From positions 1 to 45,373 of the forward strand of contig MTLP01000003.1 of assembly GCA_002009975.1 (NCBI GenBank): a stretch of 45,373 nucleotides of DNA. The letters run 5' to 3'. Source of the stretch: Thermococcus sp. JdFR-02 (GTDB taxonomy: Archaea > Methanobacteriota_B > Thermococci > Thermococcales > Thermococcaceae). The notes beneath the pieces were generated by a model. It was not told the DNA's origin. It saw only the letters and a list, made by a program, of their open reading frames with translations, and searched no databases. Position 1 is the stretch's first letter, and every line of letters starts with the position of its first letter. Shown in pieces: positions 8,981 through 17,593 of the stretch. The position numbers were made by a program, and so were the translations under genes.

Positions 8981-9772
8981 GACTCTGATCTGCTCCATGT
9001 ATCTTGCATCTGGCGGAACTGCTAGAAGCGTCTGGTAGACTCTCAGCAGGTGCCTCCCGCGCAGAGGTTCCACCCAGTGGGCACCAATCACTCCTCTTAT
9101 GGTGTTAACCATCATCTCTCTCTTGCTTCTCACCTCATCTATGGCAGCCTTCTTCGTGTACCCCTCTCCAGAGACGGTCACATAATAGAGCGTTACCATC
9201 GCCCCCTCCTCTCTTATTCTCTTTATGATCCCTTTTATGGTCCTGATGTCCTCCTCCGCAGCCTGTCTTGCTGCCTCGTCTCCCTCCTCTTTTGCCTTCT
9301 TGCTTTTCCTCCTGAGGCGGGCTATCTTCCTCTCGTAGAACTCGATCAGCACCCTCTCGTCGAGGGGGTAAGCGAAGGCACCAATGTTTGTGGGCTCTTT
9401 GAGTGTCATAAGAAAGGAGTTAATCTGATTGAGGTAGTTCGTCTTCTGGCTGTCAGAAAGGTCGATATAGACGCTGTCGGGAACAACCTTTATCAGGCTC
9501 ATTGCCACGTACTTGTCGCCGAGGTTCCTTACCACCACGTCGTCAAGCACCTCAACCACGTTCTCAAGAAAAACACTTCTCTCGCCGAAAAGGTGAGTGA
9601 GGATGTAGTCGCCCTGCTTCGCCATAATCACGCTTGCACCAGCGGTGAGTATTGCGAGAAAAGCCAGGCTCTTGCTGTAAAACACGGAGTACGCGGCTAA
9701 GCCGAAAAGCAGGCTGAGACCAACACCCGCCATGCTAATGAGCTGTGACAGCTTGTAGGGGTTTGCCGCCAT
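8978..9772 (-). CDS. Membrane protein resembling PrgI/VirB3 plus VirB4/TraC N-terminal-like domain
   Basis: Two N-terminal TMs, then alpha/beta domain (IKVVP..YIDLSDSQK...FL.TL; YYVTVS; PL.G..LL) similar to conjugation VirB4-associated domains. Confidence 0.45.
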   Translation of the reverse strand: MAANPYKLSQLISMAGVGLSLLFGLAAYSVFYSKSLAFLAILTAGASVIMAKQGDYILTHLFGERSVFLENVVEVLDDVVVRNLGDKYVAMSLIKVVPDSVYIDLSDSQKTNYLNQINSFLMTLKEPTNIGAFAYPLDERVLIEFYERKIARLRRKSKKAKEEGDEAARQAAEEDIRTIKGIIKRIREEGAMVTLYYVTVSGEGYTKKAAIDEVRSKREMMVNTIRGVIGAHWVEPLRGRHLLRVYQTLLAVPPDARYMEQIRV

Positions 9773-9796
9773 GCAACGGTAAAGAAACCATGAGCC

Positions 9797-9810
9797 TTAT
9801 AAAAGAATCA
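9797..9810 (-). promoter_or_regulatory. Motif copy 5 (TGATTCTTTTATAA)
   Basis: 38 nt to ATG 9772; lies at the left edge of the AT-rich Argonaute insert. Confidence 0.75.
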
Positions 9811-10129
9811 ATAATTGGCAGTGGCTTTTTAATCCAACTTAGGTATTTAGTAAGCTTCTGTTTTATTCATTATAAGGCACAAAATCTTCTTCAGGAATTT
9901 CCTTTTTAGCCTTGCCTTGAATATGGCCGCCCAGCGCCGCTTGTTTTTGATGAAGAGTAGGATGGGACTGAATTTACAATCAACTTGTTCTGATGAAATC
10001 TCCTGCTTTCTTGAAATCTTTTTAACCTCTTCCCATGTAACACCAATTTGTAAGACTGGTATCAATCTACTTTGCATCCCATCCCTGTAGGAGACATTTA
10101 GCGTCCTATTACAAAAGGGTTTAGACGTT

Positions 10130-10160
10130 GTTCCTTATCTCACATAGGTTCGGTTTCAAC
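10130..10160 (-). repeat. Solitary degenerate CRISPR-repeat-like sequence
   Basis: GTTGAAACCGAACCTATGTGAGATAAGGAAC resembles 30-nt euryarchaeal repeats of the GTTGAAATC..ACC....TGGGATTGAAA form; no convincing second copy. Confidence 0.3.
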
Positions 10161-10223
10161 ATTTAATAAAATTTATAAATATCTATTAGACTATAACTTT
10201 CAAGAATTACGGTGAGATGAGCC

Positions 10224-12866
10224 ATGAGAGAGGAATTATGGTGTTTGTATGTATTAAAGGTATTTCAAGAAAAAGGTCAACAAGCATCGCATGAATTACT
10301 TAAGGTAATAATATCAAGCTTATCAGGGGAAGAGATCGAATCTACTGAGTTTAGAAATTTAATTACGCGTCTGCTTGAAAGGGGATTTATACTCCGAGAA
10401 GGAGATGGTTTCACTCTTACTCCCGCAGGAAGTTCAATAATTGAAACTTTACAAGATGGGATACCTGAACTAGAGAAAGATTTTGTAGATGATATCATAA
10501 AAGAATATATTTCTCTTGAAATAAGCAGGAGGGGTAAATTCATTCAGAATTTAAAAGAATCTATTAAAAACGGTAAAGTTTCGCTTGGAAAAAGAGTTGT
10601 TAACCTTTCCGATGATGAGCTTAAAAATTACCTTACAAATTCTGTCCTTTTAACTATTGAAAACATTGAAAAAGAATTTTATAAAATCAAGCTAAAATGT
10701 CAATTTTTTAAGTCTATTAGTAAATCTAGTGATAGGTATAGAATTGGAAGTAAAATTAGCCATAACTTCAAGCAAAAATTAGGATATTGTATTTCCTATT
10801 TGAATGATGACGAACTTACTTTGTTGTCTCCGAAGACTTTAGACAAAAAAGTCTACACTATCGAAAACTACAGGTTAGAAGTTGTGGATATTCAAAAAGT
10901 TGAATTAAATGATGAAGATATTTACCGACTAATAACAAACGAAATTCTACCAGAAATTTTTAAGGATAAAGGTTTTACAAAGACACCAAACAATAGATAC
11001 ATAGACTATAATACACCCTCAGAAAAAAATACCAAGCTAGGTGTACTTAAAATTTTTTCTGGAATAAAAATTAAGATAGATAAACTTTCTTCTAAGGAGT
11101 ACATAATTTGGGTTGACCCTATTTACAGATTTATGTTTAATTTATATGATTTTATAGAATATTTAAAATCCTCTGGTAAAGATTCAGAAGAAATAGTGGA
11201 TTATTTAAAAAATACAATAAAATTTGTGAGAGTACTTCCGTATGACTCTTTTGGTGAGATAAATAAAATCTGGCTAGAAGAAAAAGATATGACAAAAGAA
11301 AGAGTTGAAAATTCTGAAATCACACTTTATGATTTCTGGAAAAATAGGCACTGCATTAAACTAATTAAAAAACAACCAATAATAGGGGTTAAACTTGGTG
11401 AGTCTATTTTTAAATATCCAGCTCAAGTAGTTTATATGGATAGGAAAATATTAGAAAACAAATTTCCTCATATATTGGATGAATTACCAGCTACTGCACT
11501 AAATCCACCGGAAAGATATCAAAAAACCATTGAATTCATAGATAGAATTAGCTGTGAAGTAAACAGAGATTTTATAAGATTAGATATAAATTCTGTTCCA
11601 TTATCTTTGGATTTTCTTATTAAAAATGGATATTTCAAAGAAGTGTATTATTTATCTCCACCATTGTTAAAATTTAATAAAGAGAGACATAGAAAAGAGC
11701 AAATTTCAGATCCACGAGCAATTTTTAAATATGGTCCGTATTCAAAAGGAAAGATTATAAAAATACATTCAGTCATCCATCCAACCCACATTTCGCGTGA
11801 TGAGGTATCGAACTTCATTGATGAACTGCAGAGGGCTTTCCAGAGACACAACTTTGGAAAGCTTATCTTTGATGAAAATACATATTATACTATAACAAAC
11901 AACCTAAGTGTAGACAGAATAGATAAAATAGTTAGGCAAACCCCAATTGCCGCAGGTAATTATCAAAATATAGCAATAGTGATATTGCCAAAAGAATTAT
12001 CATCGCAGGGATATAGACTAAATTTCAAGGCAAAATTTGCGAGACTTAGAAATATTCCTACTCAAATTATACTTGAAGAAACTTTAGAAAAAATAAAAGA
12101 AGGAAATTATGGTATAATAAAAAATTTGCTTATTCAAATCTACTCAAAGCATTTGAATGAAGGAGAAGCACTGTGGGTATTAGAGAATCCCGCAGATGAT
12201 AAAGAACGTTCAATATATGTGGGATTGGGATTCTCCCAAAAACCCCTAGAAGGCAAAAAGGCTAATTCGTTCGCTGCATTGTGCGATGCAAGGGGATTGC
12301 AACTTAAATGGAAACCAATAGGCATGCCATTTCAGGGGAAGTACATAACCGAGCCGTGGTTTGATGGACTTCTCATGTATATAAGGGAAAACCTTAGCGA
12401 TATTATTAACAGAATTGTAATTTATAGGAGGGGAGACACACATTTTAGAGAAATAGAAACAATGAGTTCAGCTATAAATAAATCAAAGTTTTGGTCAAAA
12501 ATAGATGTGAATTTTATATCGGTTAAAGACGATATAAGGAGATTATACATAAAAGGAGAAAATATAACCAATGTACCTCTAGGATTGTTTGTAATTTTGA
12601 GTGATAATGAAGCGTTATGTTACAACTCGATACATCAATCTGTCGAACTAAAACAAGGTACAGTAATTCCAGTAAGGGTAAAATTAGAGATTGGTAACAC
12701 TCCGATTCTTGATATGATAAAAGAGTATTACGACTTATGCTATTTGAATTGGTCTTCTCCTATAACTATATCAAAATACCCGCTTATTTTGAATATTGCA
12801 AATAAAATAGCAGATACCGTCAAGGAACTTCCTGATGAGATTATATTTAACTGGTTACCTCTATGA
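10224..12866 (+). CDS. ago: Long prokaryotic Argonaute, catalytically inactive, with N-terminal winged-helix extension
   Basis: wHTH (LLERGFI...FTLTPAG), N/L1 (YLTNSV, IWVDPIYR), PAZ (TLYDFW...QPII...YPAQ), MID (Y..K, IPTQII, QIYSK), PIWI (YVGLGFS, VIYRRG, GTVIPV, LCYLNWSS, YPL); catalytic Asp positions read G, R, N. Confidence 0.92.
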   Translation: MREELWCLYVLKVFQEKGQQASHELLKVIISSLSGEEIESTEFRNLITRLLERGFILREGDGFTLTPAGSSIIETLQDGIPELEKDFVDDIIKEYISLEISRRGKFIQNLKESIKNGKVSLGKRVVNLSDDELKNYLTNSVLLTIENIEKEFYKIKLKCQFFKSISKSSDRYRIGSKISHNFKQKLGYCISYLNDDELTLLSPKTLDKKVYTIENYRLEVVDIQKVELNDEDIYRLITNEILPEIFKDKGFTKTPNNRYIDYNTPSEKNTKLGVLKIFSGIKIKIDKLSSKEYIIWVDPIYRFMFNLYDFIEYLKSSGKDSEEIVDYLKNTIKFVRVLPYDSFGEINKIWLEEKDMTKERVENSEITLYDFWKNRHCIKLIKKQPIIGVKLGESIFKYPAQVVYMDRKILENKFPHILDELPATALNPPERYQKTIEFIDRISCEVNRDFIRLDINSVPLSLDFLIKNGYFKEVYYLSPPLLKFNKERHRKEQISDPRAIFKYGPYSKGKIIKIHSVIHPTHISRDEVSNFIDELQRAFQRHNFGKLIFDENTYYTITNNLSVDRIDKIVRQTPIAAGNYQNIAIVILPKELSSQGYRLNFKAKFARLRNIPTQIILEETLEKIKEGNYGIIKNLLIQIYSKHLNEGEALWVLENPADDKERSIYVGLGFSQKPLEGKKANSFAALCDARGLQLKWKPIGMPFQGKYITEPWFDGLLMYIRENLSDIINRIVIYRRGDTHFREIETMSSAINKSKFWSKIDVNFISVKDDIRRLYIKGENITNVPLGLFVILSDNEALCYNSIHQSVELKQGTVIPVRVKLEIGNTPILDMIKEYYDLCYLNWSSPITISKYPLILNIANKIADTVKELPDEIIFNWLPL

Positions 12867-12876
12867 GGGTGAAGAT

Positions 12877-13848
12877 ATGAATAACACCTTCGAGGAAAAG
12901 GTAATACAGGTACTAGAGGAATGGCAATGGGAACCTGCAAAAGAGAAAATTGAAATTGAATTAGACCCAAAAGTAAATAGATTCTCAACACTTCTTTTCT
13001 CATATGATAATTGGGAAACTATCTACAAAATACTAAGAAATTGTGTAAACAATGGTAAATACATCTATATATCAAATTATTTCCGACCGTTGGAAGACAT
13101 TAAACGTATGGTTATCGACTTATATCAAAAGAATTATGACTATATATTAGATTTTTTGGCTAAATATGTTGAACAATACAAAAATATCAATGATGAGGAT
13201 GCTAATAAGCTTAATGAGATCTTAAATAGCTTCCTTTATGATGATATTTTTGAAGAGACTCCTGAGGTGTTAGAATACTGCCAGAGCTGTGAAAAGATAC
13301 AAATCGTAGGAGAGAAACAAAGAGATGAGAGATGTATGTGTGATAGTAGGATATACAAAATTTTTAAATGTGTCTTGAACCCTAATATTAAGAAAAGTCT
13401 ACAAAATAATCAATTTATAGAAATTTATGTTAAAGAAATCTTTAAGGAAGCTAGTTTAAAAGTTATTTCTAAAAGAGTAAATGGAAGCGTGGTATCTACA
13501 AGTATTCCGTATAAGGTCCCACCCAACCCGCCAGTAGAACTAGATGTCGTAGCAGTTTATAATGACTGGATATTTCTATGTGAATGCAAAACAAAAAAGA
13601 TAATTCCAAACGATGTTGCAAATAAATTAGGCCAAGCAAATAGGTTAGTAAAGCGTATTTCTAAGCAAATAGGAGTACGGGATTTAAATGTAATATATGT
13701 GTGGGTGACAACTGAAGAAATTGACAAAAATATTCATCCATCTGGTTATCTTGAAGATTATGAATGGTTAAAGGATTTATTGTTTATTGATAAAGATAAG
13801 ATAATCAATTTAAAAGATGAAATAAGAAAGAAATTAATATCTTTTTAG
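12877..13848 (+). CDS. Argonaute-associated Zn-ribbon PD-(D/E)XK nuclease
   Basis: ATG 12877 with GGTGA RBS 10 nt after the ago stop; CQSC...CMC; FIEIYV, ELDVVA, ECKT motifs. Confidence 0.8.
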   Translation: MNNTFEEKVIQVLEEWQWEPAKEKIEIELDPKVNRFSTLLFSYDNWETIYKILRNCVNNGKYIYISNYFRPLEDIKRMVIDLYQKNYDYILDFLAKYVEQYKNINDEDANKLNEILNSFLYDDIFEETPEVLEYCQSCEKIQIVGEKQRDERCMCDSRIYKIFKCVLNPNIKKSLQNNQFIEIYVKEIFKEASLKVISKRVNGSVVSTSIPYKVPPNPPVELDVVAVYNDWIFLCECKTKKIIPNDVANKLGQANRLVKRISKQIGVRDLNVIYVWVTTEEIDKNIHPSGYLEDYEWLKDLLFIDKDKIINLKDEIRKKLISF

Positions 13849-13939
13849 AGATAATTGATATTAAACATGTTAAAATGTAAGTATTAGTTTATTTCCATTT
13901 ATGGTCCTTTATTTTGCTTTACAATCAATTTATAAGAAC

Positions 13940-14374
13940 TCAGCCGACCTGCACGTACAGAAAGACATCTGAGATGACGTTGGTCTTTGCAGAGCCAACC
14001 GCTCTTGAGGAGCTGAAGCCAGGAGAACTCACGTCGACGGCACCGTCAGAGGTAAACACCCTCCACCTGTTCAGGGACATTACAACATCAAAATAATATT
14101 TTATATCCTGCTCAGCCTGACCGTAGGCTCTCTGGTCTCCCTGCAGGTATCCGTATCTTATCAGCTCAAAGATTGTCATCCCCTCGTACTCCTCATTCTT
14201 CGAAGTTGTCGGGTATTTCTCGAGGGCGCTGAGCGCCTGCTTGGCCTTCAGGCTATTGAGTTCCTGCACTTGCGAGTGGATGAGAACAGAGGGATCCGCA
14301 GCTATGAACAGAAAAACCCCCAGAATGGTTAGCACCACTATAATCAGCGCAACCTCAAGGACTCTCGCGGGCAC
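13940..14374 (-). CDS. Pilin-like single-TM protein
   Basis: RVLEVALIIVVL hydrophobic N-terminus with Glu; small beta-rich C-terminus. Confidence 0.5.
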   Translation of the reverse strand: MPARVLEVALIIVVLTILGVFLFIAADPSVLIHSQVQELNSLKAKQALSALEKYPTTSKNEEYEGMTIFELIRYGYLQGDQRAYGQAEQDIKYYFDVVMSLNRWRVFTSDGAVDVSSPGFSSSRAVGSAKTNVISDVFLYVQVG

Positions 14375-14576
14375 GTCTGAACCGCCCCTCCATCTTTGCC
14401 TCTATTATAAGCAACTTTGCATATATACTCCCGAGAGTCTCCGGGTCTAATGTATTCTCTCTTACCTTATTGAGGATGCTGAGCACAGTAGATAGCGTAG
14501 ATTCCATGATCTCAAAGTTCGCCTCTAGCACGGCAATCCTGCTCTTCAGGGATGCCAGTTCCTCTTCAACACTCAT
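14355..14576 (-). CDS. Small coiled-coil protein
   Basis: Heptads ELASLKSRIAVLE; overlaps both neighbours. Confidence 0.6.
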   Translation of the reverse strand: MSVEEELASLKSRIAVLEANFEIMESTLSTVLSILNKVRENTLDPETLGSIYAKLLIIEAKMEGRFRRARESP

Positions 14577-14731
14577 TTTTCTACCTCACGCTCTCTTCCG
14601 AAGTCCTTGTCAATGTCCAGGCCCAGCTCCATAGCAATCGCCTTAATAATACCCTTGAGATAGGACACCTCATTCTCAAGGGCTTTTATTCTGCTTTGAG
14701 TCTCCTCGTCCACCTTGAGCAACTGCTGCAC
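14573..14731 (-). CDS. Small coiled-coil protein, 52 aa, absent from the ORF track
   Basis: GTG after TAGGAG; MQQLLKVDEETQSRIKALENEVSYLKGIIKAIAMELGLDIDKDFGREREVEK; ATGA overlap with the 14576 gene; fills the gap in the operon. Confidence 0.65.
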   Translation of the reverse strand: MQQLLKVDEETQSRIKALENEVSYLKGIIKAIAMELGLDIDKDFGREREVEK

Positions 14732-14734
14732 CTC

Positions 14735-15094
14735 CTAGCCACCAAATATTGCACCAATCAGATCCGCGAACCAGCCGAGTATCTTGTCCCCGTACTCTGC
14801 AGTTACATATATGCCCACCGCTGCAAGAAACACTTTTTCAGCCACATCTCTTGCGTACTCTTTGGATGTAGCGCTGCCTTTGCCCATGTTGGAGTAAGCA
14901 AAGAGCAAGAAGCTTACAAGGAGTGCAACCTTCGCCAGCGTCTTAGCGATGCCCTTGAGAGACTCCCAGAGGTTATTCACAGGCTGTCCCTGGAGCTGCC
15001 CTGCGGTGGAAGTGGCGGCGAACACTGGCTGCAAAAACACCAGCACCGTCATCAGCGCAAGCACAATGCCCACAAGCCTTCTCATGTACACCAC
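14735..15094 (-). CDS. TrbC/VirB2-like conjugative pilin
   Basis: Signal peptide (QPVFAA), amphipathic helix, TM, short charged loop, second TM; 119 aa. Confidence 0.55.
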   Translation of the reverse strand: MVYMRRLVGIVLALMTVLVFLQPVFAATSTAGQLQGQPVNNLWESLKGIAKTLAKVALLVSFLLFAYSNMGKGSATSKEYARDVAEKVFLAAVGIYVTAEYGDKILGWFADLIGAIFGG

Positions 15095-15116
15095 CAGAGA
15101 GGCGGAGTATAAATCA

Positions 15117-15131
15117 TTTAAAAAAGAATCA
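15117..15131 (-). promoter_or_regulatory. Motif copy 6 (TGATTCTTTTTTAAA)
   Basis: 37 nt to GTG 15094; divergent pair with copy 7. Confidence 0.75.
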
Positions 15132-15174
15132 GGCCTTGTGGAACAGGAACTCTATCAACGCGCCATCCTTCTCT

Positions 15175-15189
15175 TGATTCTTTTTTAAA
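15175..15189 (+). promoter_or_regulatory. Motif copy 7 (TGATTCTTTTTTAAA)
   Basis: 36 nt to ATG 15211. Confidence 0.75.
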
Positions 15190-15210
15190 TGGACAGAGCA
15201 GGAAGCAGGC

Positions 15211-15786
15211 ATGGGTATGCAGAAGATAGCCTTTGTTGGTACAGGTGGAGTGGGTAAAACAACAATCGCTGCTTTAATTTCAGCGTACTCCCAGGGCGTC
15301 GAACTGTACGATTTCGACCCCCTTGGCGGTCTCAGAAGTCTGGTGAAGAAGTGCAAGACCGAGAGGGACCTGCTAGTCCAGCCTGCCATCATCGATACAA
15401 GGGCAACAGAGTCTCTGCTGCGGTTTCTTGGCAGCAACCCTGATGTGAAGCTCCTGTATTTCGTAACTCCGCACCCGCACAAGGTAGCAGAGACAGAGGA
15501 ACTCATCAGGAGCTTTGAGCACTACCAGCTGTCGAACGTGCCCATTGGCGTGGTAGTGAACAAGGTTGTCGGGAAGGATGAGGGCGTGAGTGTTCGCGGG
15601 CTCAACGTGGTCTCCACGATTCCGTATTCAGCTGCCATTGACAGGTTGCTGAGTGAGGGCAGTGTGCCAGAGGACGGGGTGAGGCTGGAGAAGACAGTGG
15701 AAGAAGCGATTGTAGACCTGGTACACAAGCTGGGACTCAAGGTCAGAGAGGTGAAAAAGAGGAGGTCGATTCTGAGCTTCAAGTGA
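15211..15786 (+). CDS. Short MinD/ParA/CooC-like P-loop ATPase
   Basis: GTGGVGKTT (signature Lys replaced by Thr), DFDP, IIDT, VVVNKV, IPYS. Confidence 0.75.
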   Translation: MGMQKIAFVGTGGVGKTTIAALISAYSQGVELYDFDPLGGLRSLVKKCKTERDLLVQPAIIDTRATESLLRFLGSNPDVKLLYFVTPHPHKVAETEELIRSFEHYQLSNVPIGVVVNKVVGKDEGVSVRGLNVVSTIPYSAAIDRLLSEGSVPEDGVRLEKTVEEAIVDLVHKLGLKVREVKKRRSILSFK

Positions 15787-15790
15787 TACC

Positions 15791-17446
15791 ATGCTCACCA
15801 GGGTTGCAGATGCCTACTTCGGGACTCTTCAGAGGATCAGTATCGGTCAAAAAGTAGTTATTTTCAGCGACTTTTCTGCAATAGGGAAGCATTTTGGGTA
15901 CACCATTTCACCTGGTGAGATAGAAGGCAAAATAATCGTCCTGTTCCTGCCCCTGGTTCTTATAAACCTGGTCCTGTCAGTGGTAAGCAGCATCTTCGCC
16001 ATTCTTGCTGTACTCTCGCTTCTCGCAGCGGTGGTGTTGTTGCTGATACCGAAGTTGCTGCACGCTATGCTCAGGGTGGCCTTCTTTTCAGACCTCTTCA
16101 GCTTTTCAATATACTTCCTGACGCTGGCCAACTACAAAAACCTGTATCAGTGCTTTGAAGCCGCAGCCGCCAGAACAGAGACGACTTTCTTCAAGAGGGC
16201 GCTTGTCAGGTTGCAGCTTGGCGAACTCAAATCTGTGCAGGAGGCGATGAGGTATCTAATAGAGGAGACTAGGGACTTCGGGTACGAGGCATACGAGATC
16301 CTGAGCATAATCGAGGAGGAGGTTGGCAAGGCAAGCCCCAGCTACGAAGCCGCACTTTCCGAGGTGTTGCTGATACAGCAGGGCCTGGTTGGAGTGACCA
16401 CGGAGAGATTCAGGTCTGCGCTGAACATGGCCCTGGGCGTGCTCGGGATACTTCCTGCAGTTGTGCTCACGCTCGTGCCATTCTTCCTTATGATGGCCAA
16501 CTTTGACCCTACCCTCAGCTTCGTCATGGCGGCGGTACTGCTGCTCATTTTCAACATCTTGGCAATGCTCCTGCTTGCTACGAGCCTGCCTGTCGGCGGC
16601 AGCTTCGTGAACGTTAAAAATGTTGACTGGATGACGGTGAAAGAGCTTTTTGGCATAAAGAAGGCATCTCTCCCAAACAGGGTGGAGCTCCTCTACCTGA
16701 GCCTGGCTCTGCTCCTGATGGGTGTCGTCTCCCCCGTCTTCATAGTTTTCTCAGGTGTGGTCCTCGCGCTATATGCGGTGCCTGCGATGGATTATGAAGC
16801 CCTGCTTGGTAGAATTTCCAGAGAGTTGCCGTCAGTACCGGTGTTCGCCCGAAAGGTATCATACAGGCTGAGAAGGGACATGGCCCTTGAGAAGGCGCTC
16901 GAGGATCCAACGACGATCTCCAGAGCGGTTAGGGTGAAGGCATGCACAAGGACGTTCCTTATTGAGGAGGCATCTGTACTAGAGAGGGTTATATACGACA
17001 TGGGCGAGATGGGCAAGAAGCTCGGCGAGTCCCTCGCAGCGCTTGCGAAGTACCTGAACGAGAGCATCAAGCAAAAGCTGCTCACTGCGCAGCTGTTCAG
17101 AAACTTCCGCCTCACGATATACCTGCTCCTGTTCTTCATTCCCCTTATCCCCATAGTAAGCATCTTTATTCTGAAGATGATCTCCGGCTACACGGGTTTT
17201 GAGCCGTCTGGTTCCGATATACTGGGGGGATCCATCTTCTTCGAACTAATGGACAGGATGAAGGAAGTCAACACAAAGGCTGCAGCGGTGAGCACTCTCA
17301 TGGTATCTTACGTGACGAACGCCTGCTTGGCGGTGCTCGCTTCCTTCGCCTCTGGTATCTACTACAGCGAGAAGTACAGGTTTTACCTGCTGCTCTCTGG
17401 GATTGCATTTACCATTACAGGGCTACTACTGATACTTGTAATCTAG
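15791..17446 (+). CDS. TadC/ArlJ-like (T2SS F family) pilus platform membrane protein
   Basis: Two repeats of TM pair, cytoplasmic helical domain, TM; SRELP..P.FAR.....LRR...LE.AL pattern; 551 aa. Confidence 0.55.
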   Translation: MLTRVADAYFGTLQRISIGQKVVIFSDFSAIGKHFGYTISPGEIEGKIIVLFLPLVLINLVLSVVSSIFAILAVLSLLAAVVLLLIPKLLHAMLRVAFFSDLFSFSIYFLTLANYKNLYQCFEAAAARTETTFFKRALVRLQLGELKSVQEAMRYLIEETRDFGYEAYEILSIIEEEVGKASPSYEAALSEVLLIQQGLVGVTTERFRSALNMALGVLGILPAVVLTLVPFFLMMANFDPTLSFVMAAVLLLIFNILAMLLLATSLPVGGSFVNVKNVDWMTVKELFGIKKASLPNRVELLYLSLALLLMGVVSPVFIVFSGVVLALYAVPAMDYEALLGRISRELPSVPVFARKVSYRLRRDMALEKALEDPTTISRAVRVKACTRTFLIEEASVLERVIYDMGEMGKKLGESLAALAKYLNESIKQKLLTAQLFRNFRLTIYLLLFFIPLIPIVSIFILKMISGYTGFEPSGSDILGGSIFFELMDRMKEVNTKAAAVSTLMVSYVTNACLAVLASFASGIYYSEKYRFYLLLSGIAFTITGLLLILVI

Positions 17447-17593
17447 AAGGGTGAAACGTGTCTCTTTCTTTAAACCACAACATTGCCCGACGAAGAATGA
17501 TAAATGATAATTAAAGTACTGCAGAATGTGTTAGATGGACTGGTTTATCTCAAGATATGTAACCTATAAATAGCTCGATATTTATAAATAAAT

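Noticed and set aside
9847-10077. 76-aa minus-strand ORF next to ago
   Set aside because: No recognisable motif or RBS; probably a gene remnant or spurious.
10060-10160. CRISPR array upstream of ago
   Set aside because: Only one repeat-like unit; the CTTTGCATCCCA near 10070 is too degenerate to count as a second.
10224-12866. Active slicer Argonaute
   Set aside because: Expected catalytic Asp positions read G, R and N.
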